From Macrostomum lignano (taxonomy: Eukaryota): a DNA stretch of 64,000 bases. A program made the position numbers and the translations under genes. This document shows, piece after piece, positions 38,698 to 51,090 of the stretch. Position 1 is the first letter of the stretch. Each line of letters opens with the position of its first letter. The notes below the pieces were generated by a model that made no database searches, was not told the DNA's origin, and saw only the letters and a program-made list of their open reading frames with translations. Where the stretch lies: NCBI GenBank assembly GCA_002269645.1, contig NIVC01000084.1, positions 310,001 through 374,000 of the forward strand, in the 5' to 3' direction.

Positions 38698-39723
38698 TTA
38701 GACCCTACTGTTGCCGATTGCGATGGCCCTGACCGAGCCCTTGAACAGGGTAGCATGATTGTACCGCTTGCCGAACCGAAAGCAGAACTTCGACACCGAA
38801 GTAGAACCAGCTAGCGTTTGAAAATCGATGGCAGACGGCGGCAAGAAGGAGCCGTTCACAAACATTCCATAAGAGTCCGTTGTCGCTATCGACGTAAATC
38901 CGACGTTGATCCACTCGCTGGCGTTCGCGGTAAGAAGGGCTGACGACATGATTCTGTTACGTACTGAATTAGTATCGAAGAAGAGGACATATAACCTTGA
39001 TACTGAGGAATACTCCCAGATGTGGTGGTAGAAAGGTCCTGTAGCAAAATTAGCACAGTCCAGGAACTCAAATAGCGGTTGCACCTGCGGCTGCCGCTTC
39101 ATCCTGAGCAGCACCGTGACGCCTGTGCCGAACCCGATGTCGCTCTTGTTCATGGCCAGAAACGAGCTGCTCCCATCGAACGCGGCGCCCTCCTCTGTCC
39201 ACTGGACTCCGACCGGATAAATTCGGTTGGTCTCTTCGTCAGCCTGGCACACGACATTCTCAAATGCAGACATGTCGTCTCCGAGCCACACGTTTGTGAG
39301 CTTCGGGTTGAGCTGAGCCGGATATTTGATCGGAAATCGGATGAGCACTCGGCAGTCGCTGCTCGCACCGCCAGAGACAAAGTCGCGACACACGGACTGG
39401 TAGCGGAAGAGACTGCAGCGGAGAGAGGCCGGCTCGAACTGGGCAACGAGAATGCCGGATGGAAAGGCATCGGTTGCCTGCATGCTGCAGTGCTGTTCTG
39501 TGAATGCCTTGGATATGCGGAAGGCGGCAGCATCGGACAGGCAGTGCACCTGCACCTGAGTCCAGGTGTCTCCGGTCCTGCACTGGCAGACAGTCATTAA
39601 AGCCATCAGCTCTAGCGCTGTCAGCAGAAAAATAACTGAATGTTTTGCGGTAAAATCGCACCTTTTTAATCAAATATTAGCAAGATAACAGAATGATTGC
39701 GACTACGTCTTACCTGCAGACAT
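38698..39723 (-). CDS. PAN/LamG-like family copy 3, C-terminally truncated; complement(join(38698..39635,39714..39723)), 315 aa
   Basis: Same 10-nt first exon with a 78-nt intron. Versus copies 2 and 4, about 110 bp are deleted near 38707, removing the final helix (ends AIAIGNSRV*). Confidence 0.78.
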
Positions 39724-40419
39724 TTTGAATCCTAATCGGTGTCCAGTATAGGTAGATGCTTTCATATTGTGTGGTGCCTCTTTACAAAATTCCTTCCCGT
39801 TGCTTTGGGCTTCCTATGTCAGCTTAAACGATATTTTGCTTGCCACTACGCTTCATCTGCTGGCTGCATTTTTAATGAGGCTGCCATTGTCCCCAAAACT
39901 CTAAAAAACTTCTTCAGCGGCAGGTGAAGAGCGAAACTGAGATGGCTGAAACTCTGCTTCAAGACTGCTTTAAGCGTTTGTAAGAATTGTTTGCCAATTA
40001 ATTCCAAATAGAATAGCCAATGAAGCCTACGCCCCCCATCCTTAGCAAGTGAAGCTGCCTCTTGGCAGATTTGAAAACCGTTAATGAGACACAGCAAGCC
40101 TATCTGCTGATGCTGGCGTCTCAGTTGCATGACTGCAGCCGCTTGCAGTGGCCTTTCATCTACCACTTCGCTTGAATTTTTATATAGGATTTGCAGACAC
40201 TGCAAAGAAGTTGAGTTCTAAGGTTTTCCATTAAATTATTCGCTGCTGGAAGAAGTGGCTATGGAGAGATAGAAAAAGTAGGAGTAAAAATTCCACGCAG
40301 AGTTCTGATGAAGAATCCATCTTCGAAAGACAAAGTTAAATGTCTCCGATGTCTTGTCAACATGGTTTTTACTTGAATCTTCTCAAGATTGCGTATTATT
40401 TTCATATTATTAGCAGCTT

Positions 40420-41190
40420 GGAATACAAATTTTACTTTGACAGCCAGGCCGCTATTAAGGCCTTGTCTTCCATCAAGCTCTCAACCAAGTCAGTTTCAGA
40501 CTGCTTCAAAAGCTTGCAGACCATGGCGATTCTCAACAGGATCAATGTTATCTGGACAACAGGACATAGCAATATTCTCGGCAACGAGCTAGTGGATCAA
40601 CTCGCCAAACGGGGTAGCATCCCGGATGGAGCGCAACGTTCGGTCAAGTTACCTTCTCCGAAGTCATCAGTCAACCGCGCCATTCAGAATGGCTGAACCA
40701 CCAACACCGATGCACTGGAACAGCTGCTCCGAATATCGCCAAACACGAACGGCAATGCCTGCCATAAACCGGAAAGTATTCGAATAGCTAATCTCCTTAA
40801 GTAAAACTGACCTCAGGGAGTGTCATTACTGGCCATGGCTTCTTCCAGAGACATATTTCACTACAAAGTGGTTGCTCCCCTATCTGCCCCTTCTGTGATT
40901 TAGAGGAGGAAACCTCGACGCACCACTTCACTTTTTGCCCGCACTTCAACGAGGCGCGGAGACGTCACCTCGGTCGCCCGCTAGGGCTGGACGAGCTCAC
41001 CACTTCTGACCGGATCCGGGACCTATGGGACTCTGGACGGATGAAGATCGCGGACGCCAGCCTTGCGAACTCTTCTGCTGCTGGCGAGGGGTGGGCGCAG
41101 CCCCAAGGCTAACGCCTTTCTGTTTTTAGCTGGGGGTTGCGATAGAGGCCTCACGGCCTAATCGCGGCGTCCTGCCCCCCGTCAGAAGTA
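40420..41190 (+). mobile_element. Degenerate RNase H-containing LINE 3' remnant
   Basis: [28 protein letters not shown]; downstream TGH-like and CPFC..EET..HF motifs; 3' UTR shared with 51000-51090. Confidence 0.8.
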
Positions 41191-41299
41191 AATAATTAAG
41201 TATGACTTTCTGAGTAGAGAGATGCTGCCAGTCTTAATGGCTGACTCAAAAGTTATGTGAGCAGTAAATTTTTCTTCGGTTCTTTTGCCTCGTTTCAAA

Positions 41300-42560
41300 G
41301 AATCTGTTCCAGTTGAAGAATTCAATTGCTGCTAATTCAAGTCAATCACTTAAACTTCTCTACACAGAATGCTTCACTCGTCATTTGCACCTCATTTGCC
41401 AGCATCGATATCGCAAAGGAGTACCCAGCGGTCTTCGGTGGCTCAATCGGGCAAAGGAGCGGTACACCAACCGAAGATCAACACGGCGGTGCCGCCAGTA
41501 CAGCAGCCACTGTACCGCTTGCCTCTGGCAAAGCAGCAACAAGTCGGTGAGGAGCTGCACCGTATGAAAGTAGTAGGCATCATCGAGCGAGTGAACTCCA
41601 GCCTTTGGATTTCTAATCTGTTGGTCGCTAACTAGAAGGACGGCAAGATTTGAGTCTGAATCGACGTTCGCGAGCTGAACAAGTCGCTCGTAATCAACCG
41701 GCACCCGATGCCTCAGCTGGACGAGATATGCTCGGTGATGAGCAAGACAGCCGGCGGTCAGGTGTTCTCCAAGATCGACCTCAAGGCGGGCTACATGCAG
41801 ATGCAGCTCCTCCACGAGTCATCACATGAACTGAGGGCATTCATAACACACCAGAGCTTGTACCGATTGTTCCGGGTGCCGTTCGGCCTAGCGTCAGCGC
41901 CGGCGGCCTCAGAAGGATACTGGGCCACCTGGTAGCCGGCCTGCCCGGAGTGGAGCACATCTTGGATGAATTTATTTTCTACGGAGCAATGGAGGCCGAG
42001 CACGACTCAATGCTCTGCGCTCTGTTGAAGCGATTGGAGGAAGTCGGCCTGAAGGCCAACAAGGACAAATGCCAGCTGCGGAAGACTAAGATCGAGTTCT
42101 TCGGCTTTGTATTTTTGGCTGACGGCATGCGACTGTCCGTGTCTCAAACTAAGGCCTTCAAGGAGCTGCGCGCACAGGCAAAAAAATGAACTGCAGGCGT
42201 TTTTGGGATCCTCCAACTACTCGATGCGGTCCGTGCCCAACTTTTCCGAAGTTACGGCGCCTCAGAGGCTTCTGCTCATAAGGGACGCCGAGTTCAAATT
42301 CAAATTCACGAGGGACGCCGAATGCGAGCGAGCGAGCGAGCGTTCCAGGCGTTGAAGGAGGAAAACGTCAATCCACCGAGCCTGGCGCACTTCGATTGAG
42401 CGCGGACGCGATCGTCATCAGCAACACCAGCGCGGAGTTCCTCCCAGATCCAAGACAGCGTTAAGCGGCCGATACATTTCGCTGGTGTCGATAGATTTCG
42501 ACGGAGATATGCGATACGCGGCAAGTAAGCGACGCGCTAGCAAGCCAGTGTTCATGAAGA
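41300..42560 (+). mobile_element. Ty3/gypsy pol remnant (RT-RNase H), pseudogenised
   Basis: PPVQQPLYRLP..GIIERVNSS.W.SNL; FSKIDLKAGYMQ; RVPFGLASAP; KANKDKC..IEFFG; ELQAFLG; DFDGDMRYA near the end. Multiple stops and frameshifts. Confidence 0.88.
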
Positions 42561-42904
42561 AGTGGCGGCGGTCTTCTAGTTTGTATCAGGATATTATCTT
42601 CAAATTTGAATTAGAGCCGGCTTCCAGAAAGCTGAATGGTTTGGTAAGCTAGGGTAATTCTCTGTACCTATTCTCATTCTCATTGTAAAAAATCAGCCTT
42701 TAGGATAATGCAATCGTCTATGGTTAAACCATGAGCACATTTATTTATTTTTTCACTTAAACTTCAGGATAATGATTTCAAACTCGGGATAATGGACGCC
42801 TATTTTTAGAACAAAACAGCAAACACCAACAACAAAAGATTAGCGCTATGGAAAGTTAATTGTGCAGTATCAATATGGCGCAATTGTCATAGTGCCGAAG
42901 ACCA

Positions 42905-45900
42905 TTACAGATTGCAATTGTTGAAAGTGCAGTTGTTCATAATAAAGATATTCCGACCGTTCATCTGACGACCATCAGACACGCTCACTGCTTCTTGCAC
43001 GATGGAACTTTGGATGCTGATGTCAGCAGGCACTGTTACTTGACCGTGGGTCGCGGCGCTTTGTCCCATGTTCAACGCACGCGACACTGCATCGCTGCAT
43101 TGTTGCAGGGACTTGTCCCGTTTAACTGCCAGGTAGCGCCGGACCGTGCTCTCGGACTTTTGACCCGTGATAGCCATGATCTCGCTCATCGAATGCCCAG
43201 CCGATTCCAGGTCACACACTCTGCTAACTCTAGAACAATTGAGCAATTGAACTGTAAACTAGACTCAATCAGACACAAGTTGAAAACATTGATGTAACTA
43301 CGCTCTGGTCGCGGGATAGGGCATGGGAACTTTTTCGAAAGTGCCTCCTATCCCGTGCACCCTCTGCACAGAGCTGTCGAGACTCGGCCAGGTCTCCGCC
43401 CAGGCCTGGAGACTCCCGCTCTGCTGCACCCCTCCTACTGCCTTGGTTCCGTCTCCCCTGCCGCCACACCTGCCTTTCCGGAGCTCCCTGTCCCTCTCTG
43501 TACTCTCCCCTCTACGAGTACCTCCCTTGCACTCCACCCTATTCCTCTTGTACTCTCCCTTTCCCCCCTCTTTTTGTCTCTCTCTGCACTCTTTTCCTGC
43601 GCTGTCCCCTCCTTCTCTGTGTCTACTTACAGTATTTTGTGTGCTCACCGTCTCCCCATCCCCTCCCAAACTCCCAAACGGTGACGCAAGTCGTGTGACC
43701 CCTTCTTCCCCCCGATGACTCATCGATGACTCATCCCCCTCTCTTTGTCAACCTTTTCTCATGCCATTGTTCTCCTCCCCAAATTTCTCATGCGACACCC
43801 ACCCCACCTCCGCTTCTATTGTTCTCGTTTTTGATTCTTTTGTTCTCTCGACCCCCACCAATTATCACATTTTCTCCGATTTTCTCTTTCTTTTGTTCTC
43901 GTTTTCGCACCTAATTATCACCTTTTCTCCTATGTTTACTTTTCCATTGTTCTCAGTTTTCCCCAATTATCCCCGATTTCCAATTCCTTTGTTCTCGACC
44001 CCAGCCCTATTGTTCTCAATGTTTGCTTGCGCAACACTTTCGCGACCACCCGCTGCGCCAATTATCCCCCCACCCCACCTCCGGATTGCGCAATTTCCCG
44101 ATTTCTCATGTTGCTATGCCGGTCTCATGCTTCTCATCATGACTCATTCTGACGTCATTCTGCCGGCAGCCAATCAGAGAGAGGGAGCCATGGTAACGAC
44201 CTTGAGGAGGCGGCTGTGAGGTCTATAAAAGGAAGCGATTTCGGCATGAGAATCCTCAAGCCTTTTCCACCTTGGCGCCTCTTTGGGCTTGCCATCAGAC
44301 TGAATTCTGACCCATTCGTCTATAAGACGAATCCCTGCCGGTCTGCGGTCTGTTACTGCCAAGTTATCCTTAGCTCCCCAAGTGAGCTCGCCTATCGGCC
44401 AGCGGTCGGATACCGCCCAGCATCATCAGCATCGCCTGATCTACATCAGCGCCTCGTCGCTCCAGCGCATCGCCGCTTCACTGTCTGCCTGACTGCAGCC
44501 TACAGCCACCCTCGGTCACTCCGCCTCTTTGTCTCTCTGTGCAGCTGCCGGTAAGTTCCTGTTACTAATTTGTGCTCTAATTGCCTTTGCTTATCCGGGG
44601 TTTGCCTATTTTCCATTGTCTGATTAGAGAGCTGAGCCAATTGTGATACCGTATCTTTTGCTGTATTTTACTCAATAGTGAAGCCGCCTAATTGCCTGAA
44701 TTTTCGCCTAAGGGCCTAATTATTAACTATTAACTAACTTCATCATTATTCAATCTTTCACCATCATTTAACTCATGGCTTGCTAAGCCTTTCTCCCGGG
44801 GTGGCAAAGCATAAGGAAGTTTGGGTAAGCTAATGGCCTCTCCCCGTGCAAAGCCCGCCTGTGAGTGCGTGCTGCGGGGCCGCGTGTGCGTGCAGTAGAG
44901 GGATTAGCGAGTCTTGGCACAGAATGGCAGTAGGAAGGTTGCAACCCCATGCTAACGCGTCCCTTCGCCCTGAGCAATCTAAACTAGAGACAGTACATGT
45001 TCGCCTCATACTACTCTTAGTAATCAAAGTCGCAAGCCAGCCTCGCTCACAGCCACAAAGGATCCCCTGCTGAGAAATCCTCCAGGATTGAGCCCAGAGT
45101 TCCCGATCATGCCCCAAGCAGAGTCCCTGTACTCGGCTGCATGCGTCTCCCCTGTTAGCCTAAATCCCCTGGTAACCAATCCAGGCGGGGCTCTAGCCTC
45201 GAGAGGTCTGGTAGAAAGATCCAGGTGCGCCAGGTCACATAGAGTGGTGGCAGCCACTCGGTCATACCATGACCGAGTGACCAACTATTGCACCTTGGCT
45301 ACAGGTGGGGTCCATGTGGGTCCTTGGCCCTCTGGTCACGAAGCGCTACCAAAGCTACTAATCATGTGGGCGGGACAGTCTGGTGCTGGAGGTCCGTCAG
45401 GTCATTGCCCGGTCATAGGCAGCCTACAATCATCGCCCCCTCTAGCCAAGCGTTTGTCTCTCAGTAGGAGCGGACAGGCGACAAGGGCGGTTACATCAGC
45501 ATCACATGCACTTCCCCGACCAACTGACTCACCGAATGCTATGATTGGTGTATTCCTTAGACAGCTTCGCTTTTTTGCTCAGCGCCTTCATGAAAGTCCT
45601 CAGGTAATTTATTCCTCGTTTCTGCTTCGAGCAAAATCGTCTGGTGCCTCCTGCATTCTTCAGTGGCCTGGGAAACAATGAGTCGTTCTTCGTCTCCGTT
45701 CGTAATATAGCCATGTAGTCGTCCACAATTCCAACATCGTAGATTCTCGCCTGCTTTACGTCGATGTCACGCTTGGCTCGATTGGGATCGGCAGACTTGT
45801 TTTTGGAATTCAGTACAGGCAATGCGTAGTACGGTCTTTCATCCGAGTCTTCGCGCTTCACCAACCACTTCTTGGATTCAATCGACTCCAGATGTTCCCT

Positions 45901-46601
45901 TCCTCGTTCTCCTAGGCCGTACAGAACGCGAAATAGAAACTCATCCTGAGTGGTCTCTGCACTTGATCTGTCGAAATACGTCCGTAGCTTCTCCATATCA
46001 CCCTCCTCGATTGGCGGATATGATCGAACCTGACCGCCGGGTTGTGCCATTTCCTGACTTTCATTCGGAGCATTCTATTTGCTAGAACGAATTCCTCACC
46101 ATCGATAATGTTGATCGTTAATCTAGCCACCATAGTCAGAAAGCGCTGTATCCCGGCGCGGATGCACACAAGATTTGCAGGCGAGTATGGACCGCCATCT
46201 TGGCGACGCAATTCATGAACAGCAGCTCCATGTTCGCGAAGGAACTGCACAAAACCGTTACCATGAGCAATCATCTGCTCTCGCATCTTGGTTGGTAGGC
46301 TCACTATTTCATCTTTCGTCATTGCCTCTTGCATATCCAAAGGAACTCGTTTCGGCTCAGTTTCATTCTCTCCATCCTCTTCAGCTGGAGCATCATCCTC
46401 GGCCGGTAGCAGAGGCAAATCATCGGCAGTATCACCGCTCTCAAGAAAGTGCAAGAAGTTCAAAAAGTCTTCGTTATCCTTCATGTCCTTCTGAGATGTG
46501 GAAAGTCTTGAGATCCAATTGAGTTCGCTGCTAGATACGTTGGCTAAACTTTCGACAGGCAGATTGCCCCAGTTGATCGGATATGACGTCTGGTTCTCCA
46601 T
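42905..46601 (-). mobile_element. Crypton-like (DUF3504-type) tyrosine recombinase gene; exons 46601..45533 and 43229..42905, one frameshift near 46050
   Basis: Core-binding-like YSPANLVCIRAGIQRFL; catalytic motifs GERGRE, YTNHSIR/VSRV (joined by a cg|gtgagt donor and ttctag| acceptor), IMAITGQKSESTVRRY. Exons total 1394 nt, one base short of 465 codons. Confidence 0.78.
43293..45495. mobile_element. 2.2-kb insertion with TGTAAC...GTTACA ends (solo-LTR-like) inside the recombinase intron
   Basis: Terminal inverted hexamer. CCAAT (about 44170) and TATAAAA (about 44224) on +. Removing it leaves a 100-nt intron. No TSD found. Confidence 0.5.
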
Positions 46602-47554
46602 GGCCAAGCGAATGTAGCTATTTACGTTTTATTCCCTCTTTCTCTCCACATCTCCTTCCTTTCCACCCTCTTAACCCCCAGCCTGTTTGCAACTTCGTTG
46701 TCTATGGCCCAAACTCCAGTAAACCACCTCAGTCTTTATGTCTCTCTCTCCTCTGTAACCCCTCTCTCCTTTCGATGCCCTTTTTGTCTATGGCCCCACT
46801 GAAATTCGACAATGCGGTTATTCCACTCATGAGCCGGACTGTTATCCTAAAGTCTCACTTACGAATAACCAACCATTGTCCTTGTCCTAATCTGATAGCT
46901 CGTATTCTTAAAGGTAAATAAGCAAGACTATTGTTATGGAACGGCGTACGCTCCTGCGTTGTTAAAAAGAATCTTGACAAATACTAAAATACTTACGTAC
47001 ATTTCTATATTAAATTTGTTATCTAATCGCTATAAAGTTTTAGATTATAATTCTGATGAAGAGTTAGAAACAGCTTTGTAATAGTAAAGCACTTCCTTTC
47101 TAATAAACATTCGAACAGAATCTGATATGGATATGATACGACAAAGGACGCCTAAATTACCTAATAAAAATTTTGAAGTAAAACAGTATAGACTTCGACT
47201 GCGAAGAGAACCACAACATTTGGAGAAAGTTTTAATCGAATCTTTACAAATATTTAGTCGTTTAAATCCTAAACTACAGAAACTTTAGGTGTCAATGCTT
47301 TAGCCGAAAAAACAATTTGCACGTCATGTCTGTAAATATCCGTAATTGGAGTAAAGAAATCAGAGACAGCGACAGGAAAAAGTCAAAAGAAATTCAAACA
47401 ATTCTTAAGAAATTTATTCCTGCACAAATCAGATGAATTAAGGCGCAAAAAGGTAACACCTATTGACTTAAGTGTACCTAAAACCTAAAACCTAAAAACC
47501 GTCGTGAGTTCACAGTTTAAACTGTAGCGAGTCCAGCAGTTGCTGAGCTGCTCC

Positions 47555-48614
47555 TCACGGCAGGGCGGCAAAGAAGTCTCGAATCTCGGTATCGCTCATG
47601 AAGCTGTTGCCGATTGCGATGGCCCTGACCGAGCCCTTGAACAGGGTAGCATGATTGTACCGCTTGCCGAACCGAAAGCAGAACTTCGACACCGAAGTAG
47701 AACCAGCTAGCGTTTGAAAATCGATGGCAGACGGCGGCAAGAAGGAGCCGTTCACAAACATTCCATATGAGTCCGTTGTCGGTGTCGACGTGAAGCCGAA
47801 GTCAATCCACTCGCTGGCGTTCGGGGTGAGAATGGCTGACGACATGATTCTTTTGCATACAGAATTAGTATCGTAGAAGATGACGTACAATCTTGATACT
47901 GAGGAATACTCCCAGATGTGGTGGTAGAAAGGTCCTGTGGCAAAGTTGGCGCAGTCTAGGAACTCAAACAGCGGCTGCACCTGCGGCTGCCGCTTCATTC
48001 TGAGCAGCACCGTGACGCCTGTGCCGAACCCGATGTTGCTCTTGTTCATGGCCAGAAACGAGCTGCTCCCATCGAACGCGGCGCCCTCCTCTGTCCACTG
48101 GACTCCGACCGGATAAATTCGGTTGGTCTCTTCGTCAGCCTGGCACACGACATTCTCAAATGCAGACATGTCGTCTCCGAGCCACACGTTTGTGAGCTTC
48201 GGGTTGAGCTGAGCCGGATATTTGATCGGAAATCGGATGAGCACTCGGCAGTCGCTGCTCGCACCGCCAGAGACAAAGTCGCGACACACGGACTGGTAGC
48301 GGAAGAGACTGCAGCGGAGAGAGGCCGGCTCGAACTGGGCAACGAGAATGCCGGATGGAAACGCATCGGTCGCCTGCATGCTGCAGTGCTGTTCTGTGAA
48401 TGCCTTGGATATGCGGAAGGCGGCAGCATCGGACAGGCAGTGCACCTGCACCTGAGTCCAGGTGTCTCCGGTCCTGCACTGGCAGACAGTCATTAAAGCC
48501 ATCAGCTCTAGCGCTGTCAGCAGAAAGTAAGCTGAAAATGTGGAATTGAAATATAGTTCTAAGTCACTTCTTAACTTTCCACAGCATGAAATACTTGTTC
48601 CTACCTGCATGCAT
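47555..48614 (-). CDS. PAN/LamG-like family copy 4; complement(join(47555..48531,48605..48614)), 328 aa
   Basis: 10-nt exon ATGCATGCAG, 73-nt intron, in-frame exon 2. A 1-bp difference from copy 2 gives the earlier stop FFAALP*. Confidence 0.8.
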
Positions 48615-49749
48615 GTTGCGGGTAACTAAATGTCTCTAATGGCTAGAAAGCTACTTAGATTTCGTATTTTTCAATGTAAAGAATTGAATCTGTTTTTCTG
48701 GTTTTTCCTCAGTTTTTTTTCTTGACTCTCCGTTCCCCCATAATATAGGCGGTGTTTTGGCGTTTTCTGAATGTCTTGAGCTGACTCCCGACTTGCAGAT
48801 GATTGGCACTTCTATTGTCAGGTAGACAATGTTTTTGCCTTGCCAGTGCGACTCAACTTCTTCCTACTTTATCCTCAGAGGTCCTCAAGACGCTGAGCTC
48901 AACCTCTCTAGTGGCAGTTAATCAGACTTTTGCAGTTCAACAGGCTAAGCGCCACCCTGTTCAACAATGAATACCTCAGCGTTCTCCCATCCTTGACGGG
49001 TGAAAAGCCGCGCCTCTCGAGAGCTACAAGTTGTTGGGAAAGATCAATACAAGATACAGCTCCAGCGCAGAGCTTGCAGGTTTCACAGTTCTCCCACTTT
49101 TTCTGAGAAAAAATTCCAACTCTTTTGCCAAGTTCTTAAACGGAGGCTGAGAAGAATGAGGGGGCTGAGGGTAGATGGGGCAGCAGAGATGGGTTAGGCA
49201 TAGCCAGTTAAAGCTTCAAGCTCAAGCTCAAATTTAGAGTAGCTCTTCAATTGCTGGAGCCAAAATGAAGGTACTATGAATTAGTAGAATGAAGAAGCTT
49301 TCACTGAATACCAATGCTAAGGCTTATACACTGCACTATTGCTTGTACGAGTAGGACCTGAAGCGGTTAAAAGAAACTCAGACTGGCGCTAGTTGCAACG
49401 CGCAGCAGCAGCAGGTCCTTGAGCTCTCCAATTCAAATTTTACGAATGCAGCACACGTCCAGTGGGGGTTAAAAAACATTCAAAGCTTTTTAGGCCGTCG
49501 AGGGTCTAAACATGGATTCGAATCCCGTCCTATGTCACATAAATTTAAAGCGCGTACCGGAAACTGGATTGGAGACCGCGTCACTCTAATGAGATTCAAT
49601 CTATCAAAAAGGAAACCGCAAGTTGCGTACCCTGTCTGACAGTGAGAAAATCAGAGCCGCTGCTTATTTTCCCAATCAGTTTCAGACTGACTGTTTCAAA
49701 AGCTTGCAAAGCTCAGCGATGCAAATTAATATCAACGTGATCTGAACAC

Positions 49750-51090
49750 TAGGCCATGGCGACATACTTGGCAAGCGAGCTGGTGGATCAACTCGCCAAA
49801 CGAACCCCGGCAGCCCGGGCAGTTCGGTCAAGCTGCCTGCCCCGAACTCGAAGTCATCCGACAATTGCATCATTCGCAACTGGCTGATCAATCAACACCA
49901 GCTGCATTGTTGGAACAGCTGCTCGGCGAATATCGGCAAACGCAATCTGCGATTCCCACTATAAACTGAAAAGTACCCAGTCTCTTTAAATTAGCCGGGC
50001 ATTAGACCCTAACGCCCCCCTCGCCGTGTTCGCGTAACTCAACCCCCCCCCGTGTACAATGGGATGCACATGTGCTGAAAAAATATATTAAAATGAGCTG
50101 GCGGTGGGCAAGGGAGAGCGTGCGTATGAGCTAAATAATGAATCATAATTGGTTATAAATGCCCCTATTGGACCAGATATGCAACCGACAGCCAGCCGCA
50201 GCTATTGCGCAGCGCATCTGAAAGCTGTGTACGGTCCAAGGACTGTTCAGTACAAGGACTGGGGCTCGCCACACACCCTCAATTACCCCAGCTAATGCTG
50301 GCACCCATTTTACAGCTGGGTGAACTGAAGCAATGCAGAGTTAAGAGTTTGCTCAATGACATAAATTGTTCCAGTGGAATCAGGAATCGAACCCACGACC
50401 TTCAAGTCGTGATTCTGACGCTCTAACCACTAGGCTACAACCCCCTTGAGCTAGTTTCGACGGCACAGTCAGTTACGCGTTAATTTCTCAAACACAAGAC
50501 ATTAGAAATACTCCGCTCGCTCTACCTCGCTTTACCTTTGTTTGTGGCCGCCAGAATTAAAAGAAAGAAATCAGTGAGTGTTATCTGTTCATTCCGTGGG
50601 GACACTCTCAATGAGGACACTAAAACTGGGGGAATTAGGGACGGAATTACCAAGTCCATTGACGTGATCTTACGCTCAGCTACCGAAGTCAGTCCGACCA
50701 ACGGACTGAAGTGTTCTCGGGCTCGCCCGCTGAAGAGAGTCTGTCCCGCAAGTTATTTCGATTAGGCCGAGTCACAACATAGCCATGACTGACCATGACT
50801 TCTTCCAGAGACATATCTTACTAGAGAGGATTGCTTCCCAATTTGCCCCCTTTTTGCGGCTTAGAGGAGGAAACAGCGGCGCACCACGCCACATCCTTCC
50901 CACACAGGTGACATCTGGGCCATCCATAAAGGATGGACGAGCGGACCAACCCGCACCTAATCAGTGACATTCGCACGTTCGTCTGGGAATTCAGCTACGA
51001 GCGTAACGCCTATCCTGTTTTTTAGCGTGAGGTTTTGATAGGGTATTCGCGGCCTTTAGAATCGCGGTGTCCTGCCCCCAGTCAGTATAA
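49750..51090 (+). mobile_element. Second degenerate copy of the RNase H LINE 3' end, split by an about 0.8-kb insertion
   Basis: 49757-49965 aligns with about 40560-40790 and 50770-51090 aligns with about 40820-41190. The intervening DNA contains a SINE. Confidence 0.7.
50210..50445 (-). mobile_element. tRNA-derived SINE copy 2
   Basis: Minus strand gggggttgtagcctagtggttagagcg..gtgggttcgattcc..gccagcattagctggggtaattgaggg, matching 29732-29925. Confidence 0.72.

Noticed and set aside
40305-40346. Hammerhead-ribozyme-like core: CTGATGA-A-GAA/TTC stem II-GAAA, AGACA/TGTCT stem III, CUC triplet; degenerate copy near 36110 and a weaker one near 47052
   Set aside because: Stem I cannot be formed from the adjacent bases (agagtt versus cgatg), so it is not a supportable ribozyme. 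An Infernal search or a cleavage assay would settle it.
46022-46060. 29-nt GT..AG micro-intron that would repair the recombinase frame
   Set aside because: Very short with a weak donor, and it would delete residues that fit the family pattern; a 1-bp indel is more parsimonious.
48730-49600. Possible LINE endonuclease/RT remnant upstream of the split RNase H fragment
   Set aside because: No unambiguous motif could be read; too decayed to call.
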